From assembly GCA_002633005.1 (NCBI GenBank), contig NMRA01000033.1, forward strand, positions 196,397 through 260,396: a stretch of DNA of 64,000 nt, given 5' to 3'. This DNA is from Phoronis australis. Taxonomy: Eukaryota > Animalia > Phoronida. Within the stretch, counting starts at the first letter, position 1, and every line of letters starts with the position of its first letter. The notes beneath the pieces were generated by a model that made no database searches, was not told the origin of the DNA, and worked only from the letters and a program-made list of their open reading frames with translations. A program made the translations under genes and the position numbers. Shown piece after piece: positions 1 through 14,622 of the stretch.

Positions 1-3000
1 TGCGCTCTAGAGGGCAAAGTAACAAGACCGCAGGACGCCACGGGGCTATTACTCAGTAATTCTGTAAATTTAACAGTGAATAACTAATCTGAGGGCAAGA
101 GAATCTTTGTTGGGATCATCCGCTGTTATGACATTTTTCTCGTCATGTGGTGACGTGACGATAACGCTCTTTGAAAAGTACTACGCGTTCCGAGTACGAG
201 GTAAGATTAACCGCCCAGGGCGGTTGCCTGTCGTAATAAGCGCCCATGTTCGGTTAACCGCCCACCCCCGATTTTTTGAGTTTGCCAATTTAACCGCCCA
301 GGGCGTTAACCCGAACGATTACGGTAAACCATACAGTGTTGCGCTAACTAACAATGAATTTTACATGCTAGATGGTGTCTCAGTTGTTGCATTGCGTAAT
401 CTTCCCATTTACCCAAAACCAATACCTTGTGGAATACCAAGAATGTAACTTCCTGGATGGAGATGGAAAAGATATGGGATTGATGGTATTTGTCTGTTAT
501 GGTAAAACCTCACCAACTAAGGACACAATGTCATAAGAAAAATTTAATTTTTTCCATAAAAGATTCATGACATCAAATACACCTTTCGCCACGTTCAAAC
601 TTTGTATCAGACACCACCAAATAGTTGAAAACTTATGAGCATACAAAACAATGTTATAAGCTTTTGACAAATGAAAGAGGGCAATTTTGAAATTTATCTT
701 TGCCAGAAATTGGTGAGACTTAACCGTATATAGATCACTATTGAACATTCTCTCAGCCACAGCTTAAATGCCTCATGGCTGGTGCTGATCTACTACTAAT
801 TTGTTCTCAACTTAATCTGACCTCTTAATGCAAAAGACTGGATGATTCTACACATACAGGCCAATTTGTTTGTGAGCAAGCAGGGCGTGGTTTCAAATAT
901 AAGGCAAGTGTTTGGATTTCCCTACACTGGCTGTTACTAGTTTTTTAGATGCAATGTGGTTTGTGATTGCCGTTATTCACTTCAAACGTTACGCCTCTAG
1001 AAGGTTATGACAACTCTAAGTAGTCATTGTAACTAATGAAACTAATTTGTTGTTGTAGTTGTTGTTGTTGTTACCCAATATTACTTGAATCAATGCAGCT
1101 CTGGAATTATGCCAGGCACATGACAGAAATTAAACCTCACCAAATGTTGCAACTGAATTTACCAGTATCAGAAGAGCAAGCCATGCTTTTGACCAGTTGA
1201 GTTGATGATATGGAACAGATGGTGTGTGAAGCAAATCAGAAGCCAGGCATACATGTCATAAATATACTAGTTGCCAAGGTAACGCCTCCACTATCAAACT
1301 TCAGTGACCCAATGTGGTTCAGAGTCAATAAACTCTTCAACACACCATCACCCCATGGAGTGCACCAGAAACAAGCAAGGAGATTACACCTACAAGGACT
1401 TCAGCAGGAACAGACATGACATGACCTCCTCTANCCCCCCCCCCCCCCTTCTCCAACCCCCTCCCGAATTGACATGAGTATTCAAAGCACAATCTTGGTA
1501 ATTCCAATTGTTGTTGAAACGGTCTATGAATTTCAGAACACTCAATGGTCTACCATTCACCAAAATTGGTCAAATATTTGTCTCTACAGCTGCTATGAAC
1601 CTCCCATCAATAAAAAAAATTATGCCAATTGAACTGGTCTCAATTAAGAGAACAATTGAGAATACTCGACATTTCATTATTGCTCAAACTAACCAGTCGA
1701 TTTGTCACTTCCAAACAGACTAAAAAAACAAGTTGAGACCCATATTATAACCCATTGTGAATTTAATCAAAACTCGTTTTCTAATATAACGTGGGTTATC
1801 CCCTATCAACTAACGGTAATCCCCACATTCTATCTATGTTGCTTTACCACCAATACCGCAACTAACCTGTATTGCAAAGTTTGGGTCAATGGGAAAGTGT
1901 CACTCCCCCCACTTAAAACAGTCACCACAACTGGTCTCAAAATAGGTAGATGAACTGCAGAGTTATGCAAATCCAGTGCAATGGGAAAGGATAATTCCAC
2001 TCTCTTGAGAGTGATTGCTAGAGGTAGTGACATGCATCACACATCCAATCAAGTGTGCGAATCAACTACGCCATCTGGTGTTTAATACTTTGAACTAGCA
2101 GTAACTCTAATGTCGATACCGGAGAGGTGTTAACAGGAGTTGGAGGAGTTACAATGGATTTGCGATAGACCGGACTTTTGCAAATGGGGAAGCAACATAA
2201 TATTCTCACTGGTAAAGGATGTGAACATACTATCATTCACCTGAATGTTTTTTAATGCGCCAGAGTTACAAACGAAAATGCTAGTAAATAAAATCTGGCT
2301 CGTTAGTCTAAAATGTGATAAGCGATCCTTTGAACCAACTACCTGCAAGACTTTGAATCAAACACTACAGTGACCATTTCTATGTCAATAATGTACTTGT
2401 TGACACATTTCCACGTACGCTAGCAGAGGAAGGCAGCTTATCAGCAGCCATCCAAACTGAATGTTCTTTAGTGCACAAATTCAATATTGAGTCTTGTAAT
2501 TAGTGGGTATAATGGAATAAACACCATTGATAACTTGTTAGAACAACACCATCTGCCAGTTTCTGTACACCACAGACACCTCCGACCACAAGACAATTAG
2601 CACTGCCAGCCTGAAGAAAAACCCACAAGTGAGAAACCAACTCAAGATCTCAATGTACCCAACCAGATGGCACAACCGACCGTAACTATGCACTGCTTAA
2701 AGATACGTAGCTAGAGACCGGAGCTCGGCAATTAGCATAACGTCAAGTCGACAAATGCAACCTAAAAAAAATTCCCAGGTTGCCAAATGCGATCAGGACA
2801 CCTTATGTGAACATGAGTCATGGATGGGCCCTTCCGTTTTTTGCTGAACAACAGCGACTCCCAACAGTTTACTTCCTATAGTACTCTCGAACACGAGTTT
2901 AGATGTGAGCATGGTGAGTTGGGATTTTTTCCAGGTTGCCAAATAAAATCTGAGGTTGTATTGCACTGAAGACAAACAAGCACTGGGCATATATAGCCAC

Positions 3001-6000
3001 ATCTGGAAATATGCTCCTCCCCGAAGTAAGAAAATAGGTGCCAGGTAAAGCAGTGCTGAGCTCAACAGCAGATACATTTTGCAGAATGAAAAACAGCATT
3101 ATGGTCGGCACATTGTGCATACTCGAGTACTTTTCCAACTTTGTCAACCTTTCGCTGTCTACATTGCAATCCACGAAGCACAAAAGCTACTTTGCTAGAA
3201 TTGGAAGAAACAATATAACTAAAATCGGAGACGAAAATGTGATGCATTGTGGGTCAATAAAATGGCTCAATACAAGCAATGTTAAAGCAATCAACATCTT
3301 GAAATTGAAATAACAACACCCAAATAACAAAAATCTGCCGCTTCTACAACAGCTTAAAAAAGTTAATTTTCAGCTCAATTTTAAAAGCCTACTTTCAGAA
3401 AAATAACAAGAAAGTGGCCGAAATAATATCATGAGACAATAGTATCTACAAAAGAATGATCAACTTTCATTTAAATGGCTTACTACACTATCGCCAAATG
3501 ATAGATGGTGGTCTCATTGACTGTCTTTAGAAAGTAGAACAAGCTACACTTTAGTACATTCAGTGGTCTTGTAGTGGTTAGAAGATACCACTGACCAATC
3601 AGGTTCCTTTATACCAACTTAACACCAGGGCGTTCATACCAAACAACGCTCACCAAAACATCTGTGTAGCAACGTCATGAAAGGCCAGGAAAGTTAAATG
3701 CAAGGTTTCCAAAGTGGCTAATGATTTTAAATTATAACTAGAACTAAAAAATGTCGTTTTGATTTCTCAAGAAGCTGCCAAACGGCGTCCTAACTTTAAA
3801 CATATAAAACATACCCCTCATAGACAGCATGTACGAAAAGTCCAGCTCATATCTTAACCTACAAGGGAGTGAAGAACAGCTACATGGCCTTGTCAAGTTC
3901 ACTTGGCTTTGCTGATAGAGGAAGCGGGTGCTGGTATAAGATGGTGGACGCAAGAACATGATCACCTCACTAAAAAGTTCTTGGGCACACACCACTATGC
4001 AACCAGAGCGGATGCCCCTTACGATAAAAATGATGACCTCGAATCATTGATTCAATTTATACTCAATGATTTTGTCCTGACATCAAAACAATGGAGGTAT
4101 TTGACACAGTTTTCTACCCTCGACCTCATAATGCTCAGCAAGCTGCATCTGCCATACAGTGACATGTATTGTATTGAAAGTGCGACTCCCAAAATATCTA
4201 CTAAGGACGATGACCCTCAATAACACCCGTCACTGTAGCAACCTGGAGCAGCGACGTTCTGAATGACGTCATAGCCTACCTGCGGTGACGTAGTGGCCAT
4301 TTCTTGCAAAGAAAAACAAGAGACAACAATACCATTTATTTCTGAGAAAATTGCAACTTATAGAATAATCTGTTCAAACACTATGCAATAACATATGACA
4401 AGCAGGTGTAGTGCACTTTTATCAATATAATATTTGCACAGAGGCACAACACAATGCGTTTTCCACTTATCTGCAAGTGCAAATACCAGAAAGTTTAAAA
4501 ATAAATGTCTGCTTGTGGTCAGCTCAGAGGTTAAAAACAGGACTTCCTAATCTTAGGGTCACTGACCCGATATAATAACACGGTACTCAATCAGGCTTGT
4601 GTCAATTTTTACATCCAACAGGGTTAAGCTGATTTTTGTATCAAAACAAACCCTGCAACAACTGGATAAAGCAAGTAAGGTTGTGCAAGTAATTCATGAA
4701 TTCTTCAACAATGTGACCTTAGTGTCCCAACATATACTTCTCACTGTGAACACTTAAGAAATAGTAATGATAAAATCCGCAATGCAAAGACAAAAAATTA
4801 TCGTTTGCTGGTTTTTAGATAAAAAATAATTGGAGAACTATACAAACACAGTTGTTTTATTTAATTTTACCAAATCACAACATAAACATATTCCCGCATT
4901 GAAGCATCGTACACAGACTTATAAAAAAGAAAACAATTTTGTATACTTTCAAGAGACCTCTCTAGGTGAAAAGCACACGCTACATGCACAGATGAAAATA
5001 GCAATATTAGGGTACCGTAGAGTCACAGGGTATTTTTACTGTGACCACACCAGTAATTATTCACTTCATTAATACACAATATGGTGTAAAATTTCTTATC
5101 AAATCAAAAGTAATGATTAAGAAAATTTAGAATATTATTATCTACTGAGTAGATTTGGCAAGTATCGTGGACTGAATGGACACTGCCTCTGAAAACTTTC
5201 ACAAAAACTTGGTCTAATGGTAAAGTTTCTGCTACATAGTCATTTTACTTTGAACAGTAGGTCACTGACTTAAAAGTCAATCAAATTTTTGGCAATATTT
5301 CAGACGTAGAAAAGATCAAAATTTTACTCAGAAAGCGGATTAAGTTGTCATTCCTGAATCCTGAAGTTATGCCTTAAATGAACAATAATCCTCCCAGAAA
5401 CAAAAGTTAAGAGTTGAAAACGTCATGAAAAAATACGATAAATGTTTCACTTGTAGCAGTGGAGCCAATTAAATGTGAAAAATTTACAATTTCGGGGGAA
5501 CTTTTTGTACAGATTTGAAAAAATACCATACACGCATCGATTGGCTTGCAACCTAAGCATTGGGGAAGGCCAATGAAAGAGATGCATGAGGTACAGATCA
5601 TTCCTCATATATCCAATACTAACATCAGCTGTGCTGTGATTCTTGCCATGGTAAACTAATATGTTGCTTGTTTGGCTTGGTAATTAGTGCCTTCAGACAC
5701 TTGAAAACATCCAAGTACAGGTCAAGGGACCAATTCCTCGCTGGTCAATAACCCATATTTCTCACCGGTTGAGACTGAACAATTCATTACCGCAAAATTT
5801 TGAAAGATTTTTAGGGAGAATTTTCAAGGAACACAGTCACTAGATCTCCTTACATGGTACATGGAAACATATAGTGCAGAACTATCGTTGGAAATCTTGA
5901 GCCAAGATTGAATTTAACCACTGAGCCATGTTTAACATCTTGAGCCATGTTTGAAAAGCCTGATTTTTGCTCCAATACAAGACAAATAGCTGAAAAAGGG

Positions 6001-9000
6001 TTGTGTAGCGACACTTGTTTTTTATTCCTTTCGCTGCAAAAATGAGAGTGACACATATATCTAAAAGTGAAAACAATGTGTAATCGTAGCTGTTTCTGTG
6101 AATTTGCAGAAAATAGACTTAGACACGGAAATAAAACACGAATTTGGAGCATGTTTAGATTTCTGCTCAGGGAAAAACCTGCAAATGTATCAGAGCCAAA
6201 TGATTTTGTCAGGAAGAAAAGTATGTTGATTGACAAGCTTGACATCGAAAAACGCAATACGAAACAATACAAAGGTGAAGTTGAATCAATAATATCTTCC
6301 AACTTCAAGGCTATATTGAGGAAACACCTCTAAGCTTACAAACGGTTTTTGTTAATCTCAGCTGAAGCACACGAAGCATACGCACGACCTACCGATATGG
6401 CCGAACAAAGAATCAATGTAGCGTTAAAACCTGCCAATACAAAAAATGCAACTATTCAATGCTCAGTGTTTCCAGTTGGAATTTAGCCCAAGCTAAGGAG
6501 TGAATCTCGTCTCTTGTTTCTGCTACTTTTGGAAGCAGGCTTTGAAAAAAGAAGTGCAAAAATACTTGTATCTACTTGTTTTCTATATCTGAAAACCTTT
6601 CAACTACTAGGACAATGGTTTTGATTAAAGTTTCAAAAGTTAGAAGAAAATAACTGCCGACATTAAATTTAAAATCTGGTTTTGGTTACAGTCGTCTCCA
6701 TGCGGTTGTACCACAGACAGAAAATTCGAGTTGGAAAAGGAGATAAAAACTACGAGAAGTTGATAACGGAAAATTGACTCGGTGGGCAAACTTTATCACA
6801 ATGAAACAGACCGACTCATTTTGTTGAAAACTAACCAGTGGCTAATGAAAGCGGCTTCCCAACTGACACCACACACTAAACTGTTCCCTGAAAGTCAAGT
6901 TTGCTGCCAATTAAAAGTTTATTAGTGTTTAGCTAATGTAGCCAGATGGAAATCTGTTCATCTAAGTTGTAATTATCTCTGTTCTTTCAATGTTATACCC
7001 ACCTGTTACATTTTCTTCATTTTCCTCTCCTCCCTACACTGGTAATTATTTAGCTTAACACTAGTGGCAAAAATGTTAGCAGAGGTACCAGCTAAACTGC
7101 TGTCCGCGATGGGGTAACTTTTGGCAGTAGTTGGTTTGTTTCCTGAATGTCCCAGTCGCTTTTAAGGGAAAATTGATGTCAAAACACAATCCCTCTCTAC
7201 TATAAATTGAGTGATGTGACGACAGAAAAAATGCCTCTTACCCCCACACGTGTATCTGATGAAGTAAGTGGAATGGCTACAAAAGTTCTATCGAAAACAC
7301 CAGTAGTTTTGGGTAACTCAAACCTCCAGCGCCATCAAAAGTGACCCTTGCAACTGTTCACATCACTGGAGTTTGTGCTGCAGGCGAAAGTGCCAGTGAA
7401 AGCGTTTTAGCCAGTATGTGAACCAGGTATCTGTTAATGCTCACCTTACTCTACGAGTTTTTTAACATATGAAAAATGGCATGGGTGACATAAAGCCAGA
7501 ACAGACACTGCGGTACACACACTGAACACCAGGTGTAACAAAATGACAGAAGTGACTCCTGATTGGCCCAAGTTCAATTTTTGGTGACCGGCCATGACAA
7601 AAGGACTTTTTTACCTAGGCATGTGACATTTAGAGACGTACGTTTAAATGCGAATCATTTAAATATCCCACCGTGTACAAAAATGATGATTTGGCAGCAT
7701 GGGCAAAGCAAGAAATTCATAAAACATTGTGAAATACCACTGCATTATAATTTCAGCCAAAGTTTCAAATTACAAAATTGTAGGTGGTAATTTCAACCTG
7801 TTGCCACTATAACCAGAAAATGGCTATCTACTAAGTGTCAAAATATCTTATTGCATGCCATGAAGTTAAGTTTCTATAAATAAAAAAGTGTTGAAAGCCT
7901 ACATTTAAATAAAACAACTAAACCAATTGAAAATAAGACAAAATACTTTCTAGATTATGAATTATTTTTTCTCTTCACACGCTATTTATCGAACTGCTTG
8001 ATAAACTACACTGAACTGAATATATTGAAAAACTGCACACCTGCCATACAATACTATCATTGTCTAAGACAGGGCTCGACATCAACGGCAGTCCGACTGC
8101 CCGAGACAACCAATTTGTTGTTCCATACAAGCTCAATGCCGAGCAACTTGTCCAAGAGGACAAGTTGATGAATTTTTGAAAAAAAGAGTAAATCTGAACT
8201 ATCAGAACTTCTTTGTAGCAGTGATAACTCACTTGTTTAGTCGTCAGTGTCGGTAAGATGTGCCGCAAATCGGCAAGGTGTTGTTTACATTATGCAGGAT
8301 CTCAAGACTGAACGCCATCCGAGGCATTTGCATTCGAATAGTTCAAGCCAAAGTGAAGTGTTCTCGTTTAAATACATGGCAGTATCGCACATAATCTGGC
8401 AAATTTTGATTTTAGCTAGGACGGTCCTAGCGTAGTTCCAAGCGTTTTGAACGCACACTGAGGTTTCCGACGATTCGTCTCATTCGTCTTGGTTAAACGC
8501 ATGTTTTTAATGGTTTCACTTCTGACACCAAAATTGAAGCGCCCAACCAAAGGCAAGAGCGCAAAAAATCAACTTGTAATTAGCGCAAGTCGAACATTTT
8601 GTCCACGTTCCATGACAACAAAAACTTATTTTTTTTGAACATTCCATTCGCCTAATGACTTTTTACAAGATGTGCTTTTGCTTCATTATTTTGGCAGCTG
8701 ACCGAGTACCCCTATTGCCTAATAGTAGTATCTTCCATTGTTAAGCACATGCTTTGAACAACTGCGGTTTTGGCTTCGAACTCAAAAAGAAATGTACAAT
8801 GTATATAAAATGTTACCCTATTGAAAGTACTCAATAAGAAGACCTATCAATCATTAGCAGTGCTTGGTTGCCTAAGTGTCCAGTGGGAAGCAAATCTTTA
8901 CACAGTCGAATGCTTCCCTTAAAAATACACTGCGAAGTCTTGTTTAATCTGTCTTTATTCTCAAAAAACTTGCCCTACTGAACACACGACTACCTGTAGA

Positions 9001-10784
9001 AATACTTTAGGTACGTAAACACCCAATCACACTCAGGATCACGACGCCACTTATCGTGTGCGCAGGCCATCGAAGACCGGTACTTCAATCCCCTGACGTC
9101 AGTGTAGCTCCGTCAGGGTAAAATCGGTCCTCCGTGCAGTAAGCAACAACTCTTTGCAAAATTTTCGACTTTAACTGCCTATGCTCAGCTTACCGCACAC
9201 CCAATGTTTTTAGATTCCCAATTTAAGCGCCCTGGGCGGTAACTCGGATGAGTACAGAAAGTCAAATTTCAATCATTTGCTCGTCAACACATTTTGACAC
9301 TTGATCGTTACAATTTTTTATTTACGTGTAAGACTCACATGTAGTAGCGATAACTCAATAGTATGTGTAAATAAAACTTTACGACATTCGACTGTCTTAC
9401 GACATGTGTGGAAACTGTCGTCTGTGCCGGTGTCTGCAGTTGCAATGTCGAACTAGATTCTTAGTTTGCATATGGTTTCAAGTTAGGAGCTCTAATCTTA
9501 CAACTGGTAACCACCAAGCAACAGCATGAAACCGATAACCGAAAACGGGAATTCCTTCCGAAATGGAAGGGAGATTTTGACTGGTTATGGTATGATAGCG
9601 ACCAGAAATAAATTTTTTTTATCTCTTGAGTCTGGGTCAGATGTGTTCAGGGTCGAAAAGTCACAAACGGTCGGTTGATGGCTCACTCAGCAGCTTATGA
9701 AAAACATATGGTGAAATCCAAGTAGTACACATGTTTATTGAGCTTGTGCTGACAATGTCCAACATTCATATATGTTTGAAAAGTATAATTTGAGTTTAAT
9801 TACCTTTGGACTAGTGTGTTATAGGTCAGGACAAGTAAATTGTCCGACTGGACAAGTTAAAATAAAACTTAATGTCGAGCCCTGTAAGAAAAAGAATCTG
9901 TTGAACTTTAACCAAGGAGCATGACCTGGTTGCTTCAACAGGTACATGCTGAAAGAGAGAGTAAAAAGATAGTTAACAGCCACTGGGTCGTGAAGTTCGA
10001 CTTTTGACCTGGAAATTTCGCACAGAGGTTGCAGTTTGTAAACTAACACGATTTTCCAAGCCTCTCCACTTCTACGAAGGAACTATTTTTTGCATTTAAC
10101 TCCAAGTTTTAATGCCATTTTAAGAAGAAATACTTGAACCAATTCCAAAACAATCATTTCACTTTCACTATTTTGTCCAGTGGCCTCAAGTACCACATGG
10201 TGACTCAGAGATCCATCAAGAGGTTTGGTCAGCACAGCCCAAATGTGCAGTTAAATTCTCTTTATGTGATATCCACTATCCAGCAAACACTATCAAACAC
10301 CAGAGCCATGCATTCACAGTTATCTCTTCTGATCAACATACAATCTGCCCCAAGTTACAATGTGCAGAGTAGATAAGGATGGCAGACAAACTGTCTAAAA
10401 ACCAGGTCACAACTACAGGCTATGGCAAAATCTCAGACAAAAATAAGTACAAACATAGTCCTTTTTAATTATCATTTTTCAACGTCTTCTAATATTGTTG
10501 TGAGTGCTCAGTTTTCAAAATTTTGTATGATGGTAGATGTCAATCAAAACTTTTAACATTGTAGAGCATTAATTTTGAGCTAGATAAAATCTTATATGAA
10601 AAAATGAGCAAACTTAATTTTCAGCTGTCGGCCATATTGTGTCCTAAATTTGGCGAGATTTAACTGTACTCGAACAACGTGGCTCATGAACAAAGTTCCT
10701 CACTTATGAATATGGTTGCAGGGCCTTTAAACTTAGTGAACAGTGTCTTACTAACTCAAACCCGCACTCACGAAACACAGCTAA

Positions 10785-11259
10785 AGGCCCTTTCCTACCA
10801 ACATCGACGTGTCGATGTTTTAGGGAGTTGTGGTCAGTATGAAGTTCAATGGTGAGCTTCAGTCCTGGATAGAAGTTAACAGCGCCAGTGAACTTTGCAG
10901 TAAACAGGTGGATTTAACAGCGAAGTGTTGATGCCGTGGAGCGGAATGAACGGTCAACTTCGGTCCCATGATAGTTATCACTAGGGGCCATTGTTATCGT
11001 CGCTAGTTGCTTATTTTGCTCGAGTAATCACCAATCGAATTTGAAAAAAGTTTTATGTCAATTAGCACATACCAATGTTCTCAAATTGTCACACTAAAAA
11101 AAAAAATCTTAGCGTGCACGTGATGCATCAGCGCTACCTTGTGATTACTTCGATGACGACAGAGTCAGCTACTGTTTAATTTGATGTCCTTTAACTACCA
11201 GTTAACTTCGTAGTTTACATCAACACTCCGACCGATGTTAAGTCGATATGAAAGGGCCT
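10785..11259. mobile_element. Candidate MITE (PIF/Harbinger-like ends)
   Basis: Termini aggccctttc / gaaagggcct are inverted; flanks are taa and caa. Confidence 0.4.
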
Positions 11260-12452
11260 CAACACATCCCCTAACTAACACAGCTCACAGCTAACATGGG
11301 TCTGGCACTTGTAAACAAAGCCCACAGACTATTTGCTATTCATCCATGTATGTGCCCGTGGATGTGAGTCCGTGAGCCATGCTCTTTGGGCGCGTAAAGC
11401 ATGTTTTGTGTTTGCGGCAGGAGGTCGTGAGACACCGAACGAGGCTGACAGGCCCGTGAGCGATGTTCATAAGAGCATCATCTGAGTCCAGTCACAGTGG
11501 TTGTTTTGTTTACAAAGCCTGTAAACTAAAATGTGTACAGAAGATAAGGATAGCAGAGTAACTGTCTCAGAACCAGATCACATTCTACATTGATAACTGA
11601 GACAATTACAACATTAAAAATATTGACTTTTCACAGTGCATCGCAAGGGCAAAGGTTACTTGCACAAAAAAGCCATGAGAGAGACTGCGGGAAATAACTC
11701 TGGATGAAAAGTCTAATCCAAACGTTTTATTTCAGGAAAACAGTCTTTTCTATCTATCTTTTCTATAAAAATTCAGTATTTCAAACTGGATACTAAAATA
11801 TGATTTAGTTTATAGGTAATGGCAACAGAAATAACTCGAGTTACTAGAAACTTTAAATGTTGAGGAGAGTGCTTAAACATTGAAGCCCTCTACCTCCACC
11901 CTGAATTGTCAAAGTTGTAAATATGTGATGCCGCTGTATCTAACTGCTTTCTCCAATTTGCTTTAAGTCAGGATGGACTCTACCAGTTACTACGGGGTCT
12001 CAACAGCACTGTCCCATCCAGGTATACTGAGCAAAGGAATATGTGTGTAGTAAGCTTATGCAAACACATCTGTGACTTATTAGCTTGCTGTCATTCAAGA
12101 TCACTAATAGAGACCTGAAACAGGTATAAAAAGTCCTACTCTTGTTTGGTGAAATGGGTAAACACGCTTACCTCACAGTTTTCAGATAATCAAGACTTGA
12201 AAACCCAAAACCTCTTAGTTCTGTATTTCTTACCACATTTATTTATCACAGCAGTACACAATGTGAAATATTGTGACTGCTACAAGAATCATATCTCAAA
12301 ACAGCGAAATGTTATTTTTTTATCTTATTAACTGACGTTGAGAGTGAACTTGGCTACAAACCAATTTTTGTTCTTCAAGTCAAGAGTACACATTCTGCAT
12401 TCATGTGTACAAGAATAAGGCAATGCGTCGGCCAGAATGATAACTTATAATA

Positions 12453-12602
12453 CATGGGTGCCGCTTCACAGAAAAAAGTGGGGGCTAAAACCCCCTCAGC
12501 CCCCCTGTGGTGCACCGCCTGTAGACCATGTGCAGCGTAGCACTGAAAAAAGTGAGGGCTATATANCCCCCCCCCCCAGCCCCTTATGGTGCGCTGCCCG
12601 TG
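12453..12602. mobile_element. MITE with CA..TG ends and 5-bp TSD
   Basis: catggg..cccgtg termini, TSD taata on both sides, internal poly-C tracts. Confidence 0.55.
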
Positions 12603-13205
12603 TAATAGCAGAATAACAGGACTGTGATCATAATATGCAACTTGAACAGGAGCTCTGATCCAAGGTACTGCACTAATCAGATGACCAGCTAATGGAACCC
12701 TTAACCAAACCACAAAGTTATTTGAGCAATGAAACATGTCAACAAATGTGACCTACTTTCATGGTCACCAGGGGTCAAATGTTTGCAACAAATAAAAGAA
12801 TTTACACAAGCCGACAGTAATTTAAAGGGGTCGTTTGAACGAGTTTATTCCTCTGATCCAAACAATGAACTAGGAAACAAAATCTATCACTGTGAAATCT
12901 TATAATTTGCAGTTTGGTTTCTTAAATGGCTGTTGAACAAATTACTCGAAAATGAGAAACATGAATTCAAATCAACATCCACCGTCATCCACGAGTATCA
13001 ACGGGAATTTCTCCATCAGTAGACAGCAGTTTTGAAACAGCTGCAAAAATAATCCACTCGATGTATACCTAGGCTTAATACAAAATACTAGGGACGTATT
13101 TTAAGGGGCAATGGCTATATTTTACAATTACAATTTGGGATTTTTATGATCATAAATTTGAGCACCTGTCGTCGCCATATTTGATTTGCCATAGGCCCTA
13201 CTTAC

Positions 13206-13278
13206 GCTTTTCGGATGAAAAAGAGTTAACGTTCTCCTCATCTCGGCTCACTTGCGTAATAATGGACGTACTGTCCAT
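13206..13278 (-). CDS. CTDSP: Small CTD phosphatase (CTDSP1/2/L, SCP family), first coding exon; rest of gene lies to the left (exon 2 not identified in window)
   Basis: Minus strand reads ATG..MDSTSIITQVSRDEENVNSFSSEK followed by a phase-1 GTAAG donor. The N-terminus matches the recalled SCP pattern (human CTDSP1 MDSSAVITQISKEE; invertebrate MDxxSIITQVSRD). Too short for the ORF track. Confidence 0.8.
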
Positions 13279-13879
13279 CTAACTACTCTCCGATCGACGA
13301 GCGTGCTTGCAATAATCCAGATTTAGCAAATAGAGAGTAAAAAATAGCAACTTTTCGAACATGGACGACAACTCGGTGTGTAAATATGTAGTCTGTAGTT
13401 TCGCGGCACCCCTCTTTCAGTACGAAATCGAGTCTGTGAAAACAAGCGGCATTTATTAAGTGTCAATATTCTTAATCATCGTATAACTTGTACTCAACTC
13501 TTAAAAACAAGCGGAATTTTTTTCAGCATTTAGGTGAGGACAAATACATTTTTCCTTAAGCTAATAACAACTTTTTACACTTTCCCGCGAAATGTACTGC
13601 GAAAAATGGAGTATCAAGAAACAGTTCGTTAAAGAGGAGATGCGGCCATCGCAAGATAAGAAATTTAACGAAGTTTTATTTGAAGTAACAGTCATTGCTT
13701 TGCTGCTCAAGATGTATAGATTTTTTTAGTGTCACGAGCGACAGAAGTTCGATTTTTGTACTTACAGAAACAAACTGGGAATTTTCGAGAGAAATGAAAA
13801 CAAACCAACGCGTCCTCTGTCGTCCTTTAATAGTATCAAAAGACGAGATCTGCTGGAGTGAATCTTATGTTGCAGAAAG
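13279..13879. promoter_or_regulatory. Putative bidirectional promoter/5'UTR region between CTDSP and the PNGase gene
   Basis: Only ~600 bp separate two divergent start codons; locally CpG-richer than flanking introns by eye. Confidence 0.6.
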
Positions 13880-14622
13880 ATGGACGTGAACAGCTTGCGA
13901 TTGCCACAGCTTGTGAACTTTTCAATATTTATCTTTTCTTTTCAAACAGCAGTCTCAGCAGATATATACAGGTGGGATTCCAGGACGCATTTACGAGAAC
14001 ACAAAAATAACTTCGGACAAAAGCCTGGCACAGACCACAGTGACAATACCCCTGTACTTCCTGCTGTTCTCAAAGACCTGCCGTTTGGACCTGACCATTC
14101 CGGACGAATTTATGGTGGAAAGGGAAATCGAAAGACTGAAAAGCTTACAAGTTTCCATCATGATTATGAGAAGAATACTAACCACATCAAGAATCCCAGC
14201 CTTGGAAATCATCGTGGATTTGCTTGGCGAAAAGAAGTAGCTTCCACGAGCTTACATCGAAGACGGGACCTTGATAATACATTAGAAATATCCCAGGAAA
14301 ACTCTAAGTACAATCCTGGCCAGAAAGCACAACCGTTTCAACTGGAAACGTTGAAAGGATCGTTGCTTTTTCCAAGTGACAAGTTGAGCAATCGCTCTTT
14401 ATTATTCCATCTTTACGATGCCAACTCCGCATTTGTTCAAGCAATGTGGGGTGACCAAAATGGGTCGCTCAATGCGATTATAGAAAATGCAACTGAAAAT
14501 TCGCATTATATATTTATTCCTGTCAGCCTTGCAAGTGGTGAAGAAATTCCTGCCAAGTTCATTGCCCGTCACCTGTCTGCATTGTTTTTTAATGCTAGCC
14601 AAAGCTTGCTGAGGAACACGAG
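13880..14622 (+). CDS. PNGase F-like gene exon 1 (signal peptide, polar pro-region, N-terminal domain)
   Basis: 248-aa ORF with hydrophobic N-terminus, ending at an AG|GTAAG donor in phase 2. Confidence 0.85.

Noticed and set aside
107-448. 113-aa ORF
   Set aside because: Overlaps taaccgccca repeats and a ttacggta end typical of a TA-flanked MITE; no protein motif.
7256-7290. CTGATGA hammerhead-like core
   Set aside because: GAAA is replaced by AAAA and the stems are unconvincing.
1-13205. miR-26 (hosted by vertebrate CTDSP introns) and CTDSP exon 2
   Set aside because: No miR-26 mature sequence or convincing exon seen by eye. The short ORFs here lack recognisable motifs.
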